DNA of 61,937 nucleotides, filler included, from Sluysia triapertura (Eukaryota), in assembly GCA_046118255.1 (NCBI GenBank). It is 4 parts of 4 records of this genome, joined end to end, with 100 filler letters (N's around TTAATTAATTAA, not from the genome) between each part and the next. Parts side by side here need not be neighbours in the genome. Positions count along the whole stretch, not along the records: positions 15,892 to 31,410 come from JBJNIA010226016.1; positions 31,511 to 42,895 come from JBJNIA010185291.1; 2 more parts are not named here. The stretch is one strand, 5' to 3'. A program made the translations under genes and the position numbers. Positions 26,264 through 39,900 of this stretch are shown piece after piece. Each line of letters starts with the position of its first letter. Position 1 is the stretch's first letter. The notes beneath the pieces are model-generated. The model saw only the letters and a program-made list of their open reading frames with translations, searched no databases and was not told where the DNA came from.

Positions 26264-27660
26264 ATGTACGAAAATTTTTACCTTATTAATGCTAAATCGA
26301 AATGTCATAAAAAAACCAATTTTGAGAAAATTATGGATACTGCAAGAGAGTGTTTACGTTCAAAATCGGTTGATAAAACGATTGATATGCTACTAAATGA
26401 GGCTGATGTTGTGGAAAAATATTTTGAAATAAAGAAGACTAAAAGGAAGTATACCAGACGTGTTGAATTTTCAAAGGGGATGAGGAGTCAGCTGACTGTT
26501 TTTGCAGAATTATTTAAAGCGTGGAACTTGCTTTCGATGAATTAGAGCCTATAATTTTGAATTGTCCTAAGATGAACCTAAATATGAAGCATATGTATTG
26601 ACACAAATCGAATCATCGTTGATTAAAGGATGCGGTATTACAAGAAGTCCCTTACGACTGTGAATATCTGAAAAAGGTTATTAATTAAAAACTATATCTT
26701 CAGGCACTAACCAAAAGACACAGACAGTGTCACAGAGGCGAATTTAAGCATATTTTGAAATGCGAACCAGAAAGAGGGAGATTGGCTTCTAAAGCTGGTC
26801 ATGAATTTAAATTAGAAATTCCTGGCTTGAGGTCTAACTTCTATTTGAATAGTTTAACAAAAGTTAGACCAATGTATAATGCTGTTAAAGATTCAAATAC
26901 TTCATACGATAACATTCATGAAGATTTAATTAAATTACCGTTTTTGTCATTTTCTATTAAATCTACTCATAAGTATAGCAATGTTATAATTGATATATTA
27001 TCAAATAACGTTGTTTACAAATTACTAGAGCTCCCCGTTCGTCGTAAAAATGAACATTGTGAAGTCGCGCAAAATATCTCTCATGATCATGTTTTAGAAA
27101 ATAAAAACATGCACTATTTGTATTATAAACAATATAAACATTTTAAGTGATTATAGTTTTCTTAAGACAGTCCGGCAGTAATTTTAAATTAAGAATTGTA
27201 TTTACCAGTTTTTCCTTTTATGTTATCAAATACTCGTGTCATCAACCAAGCTATAACACTAATTTCACCATTTGAATTATTTAAAGATGATTAAGATGTC
27301 TTCTAGGCATACCCATGGTGCAATCGTATACGTAAGTGTAGACAATTATTTACACAGATACTTTAAGGACGGATCAAGCGTCGAAGATATTCGTCGTGTC
27401 ATTAGAGTGAGAATACTTGGATGCAGAATATATTACAAGCATAGGATCTTTTCTTTTAGCCTTACATTTCTCTGTCGTATTTTAAAAATGACTATGATTA
27501 TGTCTTACCTACATTTTATAAAATAATTTTGGCCTATTTTTATTTTGTTCGCCCTCACAGGCAGAGTACGAACATTTTGGCGTTCCTTAAGCACAAATTT
27601 TGTAATTATGATATAAAATCTAATAAAGATTGTCTAGATTTCGTAAGTTTTCTAAATTAA
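26264..27660 (+). pseudogene. disrupted intronless ORF of about 450 codons, unknown protein
   Basis: Successive same-strand ORFs (26264-26545, 26755-27150, 27272-27526) with coding-like composition, linked by stops and frameshifts, and no obvious introns. Confidence 0.45.
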
Positions 27661-27799
27661 ATATGAATTTCGTTAAGATAAATAAAGATCTTTTACTAAT
27701 AAAACTTTTGCTAATAAAATTCTTACTAATGAAATTTAGTCAAATTCACCTAACACACATCTCAGAATGCGAAAGTTGAAAGTTAATCGATGATATATT

Positions 27800-28675
27800 C
27801 ATTACAGGGTAATTGTCTTAGGAAAAGAATTAAATAGAGTTAAAAACTACTGCAAAATGAATTACTGGATTCATGAAAATAAACAGCCTCAGTCTTAGGC
27901 GCACCCCATATTTGACGACTTTATTTAAACGAAATATTTAAAAAAATTTAAATATTCAAAAAACCTTGATCATATACGAAACAGGAGTTTTTTTAGGATG
28001 CCAAAACCAATACTGTTGACTTATTTGGCGCACGTCATGTCATCAAGAAATCAAGTGAATTTAGTTATATTCGAGTTGCACCAATAATTTATGTTTGGGT
28101 AGATAATAGAAAGGCAATGCCACCAGTAATACATAAAGGCCAGAATGGAGGTATGATTTTTAAACAAAATCAGTCAAAATCTTGGTTCAACCAAGAATTA
28201 AATACTATGTTTCCTTCAATTGATATAAGCAATGGTAAGGCCGAGTACACATAGGTCAACAAGTTAAAAATCATTTTGTAGGCTAAAGATAGAGATTATA
28301 GTCATCCCAGGTTGGTTAACATCACATCTTCAAGGAGATTTAGGAATTTTTCACGAATTGAAAAATTTAATATTTTTGCGCATTGATGAATGGAAAACTC
28401 TGAAACTGTTGAATATACCAAATTTGGTAATCCAAGACCACCAGCACAATCTTTGATTCATTCGTGGGTTGGAGAGTCTTGGAATGAGTTAAAGACTGCA
28501 GCTTTACAAAACTCAATAATATCATCTGGATTTGGTTCAAACTATTAAGATTGGCACATAGCTAAGCATGACGTGCGATGCATGGCCTACTTCAAATGAA
28601 GAGACAACTCAATGAGTCTATTTTTGATGAAAATGAGTATGATTAGGACGTCGAATGTTTAGATGACGATGAATA
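27800..28675 (+). mobile_element. decayed pogo-family transposase (DDE_1)
   Basis: Motifs GFMKINSLSLRR, ETGV, TVDLFGARHV, KSWFNQE, VIPGWLTSHLQ, YTKFGNPRPP...SWVGESWNEL...NSIISSG. Confidence 0.8.
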
Positions 28676-29314
28676 AAATTTTATGAACAAAGTATTTTGT
28701 TTTTTAATTTAAGATTTAGTGATGGAAAAATGAAATCACCAAATAGTATCAAAAATGTTTAGTGATATTATACATATAAAGAGTGGAAGACGAATAATAA
28801 TAAATAAAAACATTGGATCAGCACAAATATGAGTTCATTAAAAACATACATAGAATCTGATGCACACTACAGTTGATGTGGAGGAACTTACTCACTAGAC
28901 TATGATTTTCCAATAGATTTAAAACAAGGAATAAGACAAAGTAAAACATTATAATCTGCAAAAACAACAGTCATCAGTTGGTCGTCATATGCATAATTAT
29001 TACGAAACGACTAATATAGTTCCGACAGAAATCACTTTGAAATTAAATTATTCAAAATTAAATTAAATTAATAGCGCATAAATTAAATTACGCAAACTAT
29101 TCGTTGCCCGGGTACACTGTTATATATTTTTTATTAAATAATGTGGTGCCTAATGATATAATTTAATAAATAAATAACTTGTTATCTTAAATAACAATTT
29201 TCCGTTGAAACAAATTTTTAATTTCACTTACTTGAAAATACAACTAGTTTGACAATTGAGAGGTTTGTTCGATAAAGAAGAAATAGTAATAGCTTTAATT
29301 AGACTTGAAATTAC

Positions 29315-29623
29315 CGTAAGTTTCGGTGTATGCATACAAAATCCAATTAAATAATCCAGAGCAACTAATCGTAAGCATGCGTGTGGCATGGCAAGTAAAC
29401 TTGTAACATTCGGTACAATACTTGCCGATAATTGATGTGGCAACATCTTTCTACGCAGTGCTATGGCTAAACTGCGACAACATGCTTGTACAACAGAGAT
29501 GCTTGAATCCACCATAAGACCTTGAATTAGTAATGTTTCTAGTATAGTAGTATTTTGAACTCCCATTATAAAAATAATGTCTGGTAATGCTTCGTAAAAT
29601 CTAACACGAACTATTGGATTTAC
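29315..29623 (-). CDS. PIK3R4: PIK3R4/Vps15 HEAT-region exon (donor may instead be at 29232)
   Basis: VRVRFYEALPDIIFIMGVQNTTILETLLIQGL...LLAMPHACLRLVALDYL parallels Vps15 LRxAFF...VGWQSSxILxPLLQQGL...LCHPNxWIR. It splices in frame to the 31176-31379 exon. Confidence 0.8.
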
Positions 29624-29763
29624 CTAAATAACAATATTCATTATAATTCATTCCTAAAACCAAAAATTATAAGAAATTGCTTATAGACAATAATTTATAT
29701 TTATAATCTGAAAACTCCTTTATAAATTAAACACATTCAGAGTACTTTAACGATAGTATATAC

Positions 29764-29889
29764 CAGCGTTTCTCAACCTTTTTACTTCGCAACCAAATAA
29801 AATTTTTTCAGATTGCTTTGCAACCCAATTTTTTATTACATAAAGGAATGCTAAGAAATAAAAAAGACACACTATTGGCGCTAATTAGC
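29764..29889. mobile_element. hAT (Charlie-like) left end
   Basis: Begins CAGCGTTTCTCAACCTTTTT and runs into the gap. Confidence 0.55.
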
Positions 29890-30849
29890 NNNNNNNNNNN
29901 NNNNNNNNNNNNNNNNNNNNNNNNNNNNNNNNNNNNNNNNNNNNNNNNNNNNNNNNNNNNNNNNNNNNNNNNNNNNNNNNNNNNNNNNNNNNNNNNNNNN
30001 NNNNNNNNNNNNNNNNNGTTTAAATATAAAATATAAAAGTGAATATGCAATAAAATAAGAATAAGTAATTTACAGCCGAGAATTAACTGTAATAAAAATT
30101 AAAATAAGTAATTTATTGGAGAATTAAGTTTATAAAGAGTATTCAACAAATTGAATAAAAGACACTATAATAGTATGTCATAGATGTAAGAAAACCTAAT
30201 ATAAGTATTATTATATTTATTTAACTTTAATAGGATTAGTTTAATATAAAAGACCAGTAAAATATAAAGTACCAATCTCATCGCATTTTGAAATATCAAG
30301 TAAAATTGAGCCTTTATACATTAAGTTATTTATAAAAGTAAATAATATTATAAATAAACAATTCTATGAAGGATGGAAAAACTGAACATTCAAAACAACG
30401 TACATATTAGAGAAACTTTTAACTCAAACTTTCAGTTTTTTGCGTAGCACTAGTAAAATAAAGGCACCTATGGAATGTAAGAACATTCCATTTTATTAAA
30501 GTAGATATGAAAATATAATATTAGCAAGTACAAACCAATGCATAACTATAAACGAATATACATGATTAAATAAATATATTTTTGAGAGATATCAAGAATG
30601 AACCAATTTTGAAATGAGGAATGAATAAAATAAAATATTTTCCAAAAAGTATAATAAATATCAATAGACAGTTTCATAAACAATTATAAAATTATTCATC
30701 ATTTCTTCTGTTAATAAATAACAAATCAAAAAAAACACACATACACTGTAAAACTTCTTTTATTTCTGGATAAATACGAATTTCCTCATAAATTTTTGGT
30801 AGTTTTTTTAAAAAGTTATTTTCTTTCAATAAAGATATAAACCAAGTAT

Positions 30850-31095
30850 CAATTATTTTTTATTCATCGAGAATGTCAGATACCGTTCCTTTTGATTCCG
30901 TTACAGCTGCAATAACAACTTCATTCTTAACCAGAGTTAAGAATTTGGGTCCTTTCCAACATTTAGCTCTTTGAAAGCATCGAGGAAGAATAAAAAACTT
31001 TTCTAAACAAGTTCTTTGCTAATAGAATCCTTCACCGCTTTAAGCCACTTGTCCAATGTTTTATTTGAGGGAGATTCAATATCTTTTTTTATAAG
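30850..31095 (-). mobile_element. small pogo C-terminal and BEL/Pao-like pol scraps in a Vps15 intron
   Basis: SPSNKTLDKWLKAVKDSISKELV*KSF is pogo-like, and CWKGPKFL is like the Pao WxxGPxFL motif. Confidence 0.35.
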
Positions 31096-31175
31096 CATGA
31101 ATGGAGAAATAAAAGAAGTTTACATTAAAAAGTTGGGTATATGTAGCTACCGAATGTTAAACAACGATATCTAAC

Positions 31176-31379
31176 CTTATCATTAAGAAATGTGATTAAA
31201 TGTGATAAAAGATCATCACGAGCTTTACTGACACTGAAAAACTCTGTCATTTTCAATAAATAATCGTTTTCTGTAACACAACATTTTAAACCAATATTCA
31301 AATCCGATGAAAACAAATTGATTACCATATCTCGAAATATTTCTAGCAATCGAATCAACTCTTCTTCAAAATTAATGCT
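31176..31379 (-). CDS. PIK3R4: PIK3R4/Vps15 HEAT-region exon
   Basis: EFFSVSKARDDLLSHLITFLNDK matches the Vps15 signature [22 protein letters not shown]. TTTAG acceptor and GTTAG donor. Confidence 0.9.
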
Positions 31380-31510
31380 CTAAACAATATACAATATAAA
31401 CAATATATATNNNNNNNNNNNNNNNNNNNNNNNNNNNNNNNNNNNNNNNNNNNNTTAATTAATTAANNNNNNNNNNNNNNNNNNNNNNNNNNNNNNNNNN
31501 NNNNNNNNNN

Positions 31511-31579
<69 letters not shown>

Positions 31580-33230
31580 AAATGTTATTACTTCATTAGA
31601 AGCATAATTACAAACCTATAAATTCACATTTAATTATTTATCATTTTGTCCTGTCTTAGACTTTAAACTTTCACACTCTATATTAATATTAATTATGTAA
31701 TAATAAATTAAATTATCATTAAAAAAATTAAATTAAAATTTTACTCATTAATTTAAAGATATATAATTTATATTAATTATAACTTTTAAAGCTTTACTTT
31801 TGGTTTTTCGAAATTAAATGTATAATATATTCTAAACACGAATGTTATAACTAATTATTTAGAAAAGTAGAACTTTTGTAATAAAATTTAAAGAAAATTT
31901 ATAATTATTGCTACAAACCATTACAGCGGAAAGTTGGATAGAATTAAAAATAACATTGATGATATGAATAAAAATGTGATTCCTCTATTTATTGGAAAAA
32001 GATAGATTTGACAAATTTTGTGAAACTTTTAAAGTACATGCAATAATCGGTATAAATACTCAATACGATAGCTTTTTACTTAATAAAAATAATTACTGGG
32101 AATTATATGCTACCTAAATTGTTAGAGATAGATGTGGAATACCACGAATTATGTACATTAGCCTGTGATTTGAATACTGAACTATTGATGGTGGAAGATG
32201 CACTGACAAAGCACTTAAAAATATTTGTAATTCATTGATGATGGTTACTTATTAAGTTGTTTAATATATATTATAGATAATGGTTCAGAATATTTAGAAA
32301 TTTCAACTTTGGAACATTTATTCATCAATAAAATGTGGCAGTTTTGGATTTAGACTTGTGTTATTAAATTCGATGTTTATTAGGTAGTGATTATGTACTT
32401 TGATTTTATTCAAATAGAATATCTCTGCAGAAACATTCTAATTCATTTATTATTGTCAGGTTAAGTTCAAGATTGTGCCAGAATAGGGGTCTTACAGACT
32501 TATTACAATTACTTATTCGATTTAGTGTTTACATCCAATAGTGACAAAGTTTTGATGAATTGCATTATAAATTTTCTATGTAAGCTTTTTAATGAACGCT
32601 TTATATGTTTTTGTTTTTGTGATTTAGCAACCAAAAATTTTTATCTAAAATTTCTGTCGGCCTTAAATCACACAAACATAAATTTTATTTAATTAAAGAT
32701 TTCATAATAGTGTTATTAAAAGACTTTAAATCTATCATACTTTGAATTTATTCGTTAATAAGAATAAGAATTTCTTAAGCTCTCTAATAAAAATTATTAA
32801 TTTTATTTCTAAAACATCCTAAGCGAGTATATTCTTAAAGTTGTGATTATTATTAAAGATAAAATTATCATTTTCACTCTATATTATATCTCTAACCATA
32901 TTTACATCCGCCGTATTAATTTGTTATTTAGTTGATCCACTCTTCCTTATTTTCTTTTATTAATTTTTGAAATATTTCTCTCTCATTTTCAAATTACTAA
33001 GTTTCTTAAGATTATTAGAGTTGTGCTAGAATTTATTTTAAAAAAATTATTCACTTCTTTAAATATTTATTTTAAGAATTTATTTTTTTTACAAATAACA
33101 AATATGAGGCTAAGAATTCCTAAACTGAAGTTCCACTGATGATCGACAAGTGTTGCGCAAAAATCAAATCGAAATACTAATAGATTATTCGCAGAAAAAA
33201 GAATTTACGTTGACTTGTTATTTTTAATTA

Positions 33231-34170
33231 ATCAGGAATTAAGGATGAAATTTGTAGATAAAAAGACAAAGTATGTCTATACACTTTTGGCATTTAAGCA
33301 GCAGGTTGTTCAGGCCGGTGATATAGAATAATCATGGCGGTCGAGAGTCAATGAATTCCTGGAATTAAATTGTTTTCCTATTAGAAAATTATCCAAATTG
33401 TGGAAATAGTAGTTAGTGGGGCTAGGAATATGAAGGATAATGAAGAAGTTCCAACTGCAATTCCTTTAGTTTTGCCACAGTTGTTTGTATAGTGTGTGGT
33501 CTAGCTTAATGGTGCAGTTACGTAGGAATGAATTTATTGAACAATTTAGGTTGTTTTCTTTAAGTTTTTGCATCATTTCTTCCACTTGGTTGCAGCGTAC
33601 TTCTGCTGTGATCGATATGCCAGGTTTTTGGTGATTCATCCTTGTTTACGATTGTCATATTGAATCCATTTCTCATCATAAGTGACATTTCGATTCAGAT
33701 GTAGATAAGATTTATGACGAGAAAGCATCATCAAGCAAGCTTCCGAACATTTTTGTTACTCTTTTTCATTCACTTATCCAACCGTTTTGTTTGTTTTCTA
33801 ATACTAGACGATAGTTCCTAGGCATCCTGAGATGGGTCAGACTTGACCCTTGATTTTTGGTGACCCCGTGGTTCACTCTTGAGAACAAAGTTATCTGCAC
33901 GAAATTTGGCGAATAAATTTGATGCAGTCTTCTGTGGTGTAACACTAGAGCTAAATATATTATTAATGTTCAACGTAAGAACTCATACTTCACAATAATA
34001 CGAACCACCGGCTGCTCCATTTTCAACAAAATTAATTTCTAAAAAAGGTTTTTAATATTTTTAGAGCTTGCAATTGCTTTAAACGGGTGAAATATTAGGC
34101 CCACTCCATATAATAAAGCTGATAAAGTTGGCAAAATTATTAACTACAAATTTCATCCTTGATAACCTAA
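33231..34170 (-). mobile_element. internally deleted mariner (DD34D-type) element
   Basis: TIR core AAGGATGAAATTTGTAG at both ends, with TA flanks. Translation MEQPVVRIIVKYEF...KFRADNF.LKSEPRG...VTYDEKWIQYDN...ARPHT...YPSYS/LAPTNYYF...QKCID. Confidence 0.9.
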
Positions 34171-34836
34171 TATATAAAATTTCAGTGTTTGTGTTACCCA
34201 AAAACTATTTTTCTAAATAATTATTGGAATTACAAAGTTTGAGAATACCTGAAATAAACTGTCATTTTATTTACATAACAATTACAAAACATTTATCCAA
34301 AAGAGCAAACATATGATTGTTTAAACGATAACCCTATTCATTTATTAGGTCCACGTGCTTTTACTTTTTCATTTAAAATTAAAAATAAGTAGTATTCAAA
34401 ATAAATGTTTACGAATTCTGTAAAAGTTTGAATATTTTAATAAATAATGATTTTCCTTACAATAAATCACTGCGAGATGATGATGGACTATAAACAAATG
34501 CCCTTGTTGCCTAGATCTAAATTAGTACTGTGCTTAAATTTATCACAGATTTTGCTCATTACAATAATGGCTGTCAACCAAGGATGTTTTGATTAGAAAT
34601 AAGTTGCTCTATTGATGCGATTATTTGTCAGTTGTTAGACATGAAACAACGCCAAGTTAATTAATTTTTCCAAATAATTTTTTTTAAAAACAATATTATA
34701 CATTTATTAAGTCATATAAGCAAGCAGTTTTCGTAGCATACATTTCTAACTTGTAATCTCAGTTTTAAACCACTGCATTAAAATATCAGTTTCATTTAAT
34801 TTCAAAAAAACTACAAGTCGCATCAGTAAAACTTAC

Positions 34837-35109
34837 CTGCCACAATATAGGTAACAAGTATGCATTAAATTCATGATATTCGTATGACTGGCCAATTAAT
34901 TTTGATAAAACATCTGGAGACGGTAGTCCAATCGAGTTTAAGTTGTTCATGTCAGAATCTTTATCACAAAATATTCCCAATTCGATTTTTATTTCTAATC
35001 CATTTTTTATATTTGGATCTAATATTAATTTGAAAATAGATTCCAAAAACTTTATTGGATGTATTATTATAATGGCTTCTGATTGGTTAAAAACTGGTAT
35101 TAATTCACC
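34837..35109 (-). CDS. internal exon, possibly an upstream PIK3R4 exon
   Basis: TTACAG acceptor, GTAAGT donor and an open frame ending EFNAYLLPILWQ (weakly like Vps15 FPEYILP). Same strand as, and upstream of, the Vps15 exons. Confidence 0.5.
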
Positions 35110-36599
35110 CTGTAATAATAAATATAACATAAAAAACAAAACANNNNNNNNNNNNNNNNNNNNNNNNNNNNNNNNNNNNNNNNNNNNNNNNNNNNNNNNN
35201 NNNNNNNNNNNNNNNNNNNNNNNNNNNNNNNNNNNNNNNNNNNNNNNNNNNNNNNNNNNNNNNNNNNNNNNNTAATTATTATTAATCATTATTCTATGTT
35301 AGTAATTTTAATTATTTTTATTAATCACATCACTGGTAATAATTGATCAGTAGTGCGAAGCTTTAAAAAATTAATATAATTATTGCAAATTAATAGCAAT
35401 GTGGTGGCCAACCTTGTCATTCAAAATTTTAATGCATCATAATATACTAAAATTTATAATTCTACAACATTAAAGCCATGAATTACATGAAAAATCATTA
35501 AATTTCAAAATATTAATAAAAATAATGGAATTTTTTGTAACACCTTTAACTATGTAATACTCTCTCATGATTCTCCATTATAATTTTATTTTTATCTTTT
35601 ATTTTATTTTTCTAACTTCACTGAACTCAAAGAACTAAATAATATCCTACTTCAAGTTATTAATAAGAGAAAGAATATATGTTAGAAAAGAAGATGTATT
35701 TTAAGAAAAAGACAAGGAATTTTAATTTCAAAGAAAAGTAAGAAATTAATGTAACTATTTTATTTTATTATTTTTATTTTTATTCCATTTTTTGTTATTA
35801 TTATTATTATCATTATTATTATTATTACATTTTTACTTTCATTATTATTGCTAGTTATTATTATCATTATTAATTATCATTTCATTATTTTATATATCAT
35901 CACAAATTTGTAATCATACGAACTGTCAAGTATGACAGTTTTTCAATTATATAATTATGTACTGCAGGTAAAATTAATTCATACCTGTCACCACGTCACA
36001 GTCCTTATCTGTTTATATGAAAATTTTCACGGTGACATGCAATCACTTTTATTGCCTATAGAAATTATTGTTGTGGCTTGCAGTTTTAATTGGTTTCAGA
36101 TGACCAGCAAATCACAATTTGATCAAACACAACTAACTAATTAAAAAAATAATAAAACACTTTAAAAAATAGTACCTGAAAAACAATGACAAAAATATTC
36201 TAACAAAAATTAATGTCACATTTCATGGATCAAATCGAACAAAGCTTTAGTCATGTACTTATTCAAAACATCATTTTAACTCAAAGTCATATGCTCGATC
36301 GATTAAGTAATACGAATAATATACTAAGTATTATAAAGTATAAGGAAATATCTGGTAGGAGCTATAAAGCCATTTCTCATGATTTAAAAAATTATTTAAC
36401 TGCTTTCTTTAAATTAAGAAAAGATTTTGACAATATTTCTCGAAAAATTTATGTAATAAAAGATATCGTAGCTAAAAAACAACAAGTGAATACAAATTAT
36501 CTCAAACAAATAATTATAGATATGAAGTAGATGAAGAAGAACGTAATAACAGTAAAACCAAAGTTCATACAGCATATGATGATATTTTTATTAGTTATA

Positions 36600-36960
36600 T
36601 GATATTTCGAAAAGGACGTTTTACATTGAATATTAGACCAAAATTAACATATACTTATTCAACTTCTCGAGATTCTCTAGCATTAGATAGCAACAGCATA
36701 TTAGATGAAGTCATATCATCAATTCTATCAGATCAGCCGACTTATGTAAATATAACTAAGTTCAATAACAGAACTCATCATTTAGTATATAATGCAAACT
36801 TTTCCAGTGAATCCCTTCAAACAGTGAATTCTTCAATCATCAACCACCCACATCAAATTGGTTCAAAGTTGTGTATACATAACACGGTTATATTACATTT
36901 CGATGATCAACATTTTTTCATTTATTATGTTCACATATATCCGAATATCGTTTTAGTCTA
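36600..36960 (-). pseudogene. decayed Ser/Thr protein kinase fragment
   Basis: Frameshifted motifs in kinase order: VDHRNVI, LMIEE, LYLHK, DMTSSNMLL, YVNFGL. Confidence 0.5.
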
Positions 36961-39900
36961 TGGATCGTAATATTTTCAATGATGCATCAACATTTATTAT
37001 TATCTAAATTTTGTTTTACGAAACAATTTTTTATCAACTCGATAAATTAGCGTACAATACATATCTTAGATTTTACTTTGATTATTTTACCTTAAAACAT
37101 TCTAAAAAGTTACGATAATATTTGAACTAAATAAATTAATGTTTAATAATCTTGCAGTAATTAAATCAGAAATTTATAACAATTTTATTTCCTTTAATAG
37201 TCATTTAAATTTTACCTATAATATTTATATTAATTCAAAAACACTTAATAAACCACTTAATAAATGGTGCTTAATATCCCCTTAAGCAACAATTTATAAT
37301 TCTACTTAATAATTTGATTGGAGTTTTAAAGATTCTGAAACAGTGATTCAACCTCTTTTAAGAAGAACCATGATGTTTAACTATTACCAAATCTTATTAA
37401 TGAGTCAATGTGAGATTTTCGATACAATTAGGTATGGAATTTTAACAATTCGACAATTTGTATTGTGGAATTACTATTATTGCTGCTAACAGCACTATTA
37501 CAATTATCTATCACTAGTATGATTTTCACGCATGAAGAGGATGTCGAATTGTAAATTTGGAGTGACTATCAAAAATTGATACTATAGTCATACGATGCGA
37601 CTTTAAGCACATCGAATTTATTCATATTCTTGTCGAATGTAATTAAATCGGCACAGTAAATATCAACTAATTTAGCTCCACTGTTGCTAGACCTTATCAA
37701 AACCGGTTTTAAAAACATGTAATGACTTTAAGAAATAAATTTTATTGATTTATGATCAATATCCACTGTCTTCATTCAAAAGTCATCGATTTTTGTCTTT
37801 GATGGGCCAATCAAATTTAATTGGTCAGATTGTTTGGATGCAGTCAATTTTAATAAAATTGGAATTGCTTTGTAATCGAGTCATTGTATACAAAAAATTA
37901 TTCAATATAAAATTTTTTAATGCGTACAGTGACAGAAAAAATTTTCTAATCCATATAACTTAATCATTTTTCTCTTAAGCATACATAAAAATCTCAGGAA
38001 GTATTAATTACAAAGGTCACGCTTTACGTGATATTTGTCATTTAAAATTTAATCAATGGAATCCGAAAGAGCATGTATGCAAATTAATTAATTATTCATT
38101 GGTTATTTTTGGAAATGTAAATGCAGAATTATAGACTATATTTCATATCCAATTAGAATTCAAACTATTTATAATCATGCAGTAACATTTTGAAATTTAC
38201 AAGTTGTTAACCAATGCATATTTGAGCCAGGTAATTTTCCTGGTATGGATTATATAAAATGCAATCCTTTGATTATCATTGTTTTTGCCAGAGATGAAGC
38301 CGTGCTTTGAATACCACGTTAATTTTACATGGCTTGCTCGCCTGGACAAAATAAACTTCTCAGTATGCGCTGCATATTTTGATGAAATATTATTTACGAC
38401 AGAACAGTTAATTTTTGCAATCATACGTGACGCATTTAATTCACTGAGGTCACCTGTGACTCCACTGTTATTTTATTTTAATTATGGTTTCGCCGGTCAC
38501 CGGTAACCCCCATGTCATTCAATGTGTTAAAAATATCAATAAGACACAAATATGAAATTTGTAATAGTTTAATTCCATATAATTTATTAACATTATGAAT
38601 ACCTAAAACCCCACCTTTATTTTTTTGTAGACCACCTCATTAAAAAAGTAGACCCACATGAAATAATTGAAATCAGTGATATGCATCATAATTATTACAG
38701 AGATTAGGTTCATTAAGCTTAATCATATCACCACCATTGGTAACAAATTATTTTAAAAATATAGACGTAAAACTAAGGCAAAAGCAATATCATGAAAGCT
38801 ATTTCTTAAGAAATCATTAACACAAGCACAAACACATAAACGAAATGCAAGGTGAGAACACTAAGTCTGATAAAAGTAAGACTTGTATTTGGCAATTGCA
38901 AATAAATGAACAGTTTAAGTAAAATACTAAAACATGTTTTAGAAACGTATGCTTCTTTAAGCGTAATTAATAACTTTTAGATTCTTCTTTAAATTATGGA
39001 AAACAATGAATGCCTTTTAAATCTTCAATATTATTTATTATTCAAAAATTGTGAACGAAAATATAACAATCACGTTTTAGAATAGGCTCGAAGAATAATT
39101 ATTGATAAAAATGAAAATGTTATGATGAAATAGAAACTGGAGTTATTGGTTATACTGATAAAAATAACTAATGGTAAAATAAATATTAAAGAATCTAAAA
39201 AGAAACAAACATGTTTGAAATATAAAAACCCAATTTTGATTTGAAAAGTGCGAAAAGGCCAAAATTCTAAAAGGCATGTAATTTATAAAATGGTGTATAT
39301 ATCAGTATATTTATTTCCATTATATCTTCAATTGCATAACTATTTGATGCTTTACGATAAACAAGGTATTTAAAAGTAATACTTAGTTTCAGAATTACAT
39401 CAACAGTGCAAAGACTGTTGTGATTGTGACACCATTAATTGAGTTGATCAAACCAATATCGGCTACAAAAGGCATTAATTATACACTACTAAGTCCAGAA
39501 ACATAGATTTGTCGTAGACAAAAGACAAAATGCAGCTTATGAACACTATTTTATAGAAAGAAATAGTTACGATTTATATGATAATGATTTTTATTGTAAA
39601 TCTTTTAGTTTTTCCGATTTTTCTTCCCGTTTAAGTTTTAATATTAGTAAATTTGTATACTGACAACATAAATTTTCATTAATAGTACAGCTTTTGCGAG
39701 AAATTAAGAAATGTTAAGGATATTATTTTTAAAATGTAATAGTAGTCTTAAATATATAGATTTTGTGATGCTGATAATTTTCTATTATTATTTAGTAACC
39801 ATCATGTATAGAATAAGATTGCATTATTCGTAAATGAAAATTTCTTCGGAGGATCAAAAATTCTTAAGCGGTGTAATTGTCATCATTAGAAGGAATATAT

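Noticed and set aside
33858-33868. TGGTGACCCCG resembling a tRNA-Trp PBS
   Set aside because: It is the antisense of mariner transposase codons (EPRGHQ), and no LTR is adjacent.
35932-36144. WFQ tripeptide as the missing Msx helix 3
   Set aside because: Wrong strand, and no KIWFQNRR context.
38197-38660. Possible hAT transposase remnant (VTGDLSELN, FKARLHLWQKQ)
   Set aside because: Only two short motifs in different frames, too weak to call without a profile search.
39290-39520. RecQ-like TVVIVTPLIEL...SPE motif
   Set aside because: A single short motif with no supporting Walker A or DEAH context.
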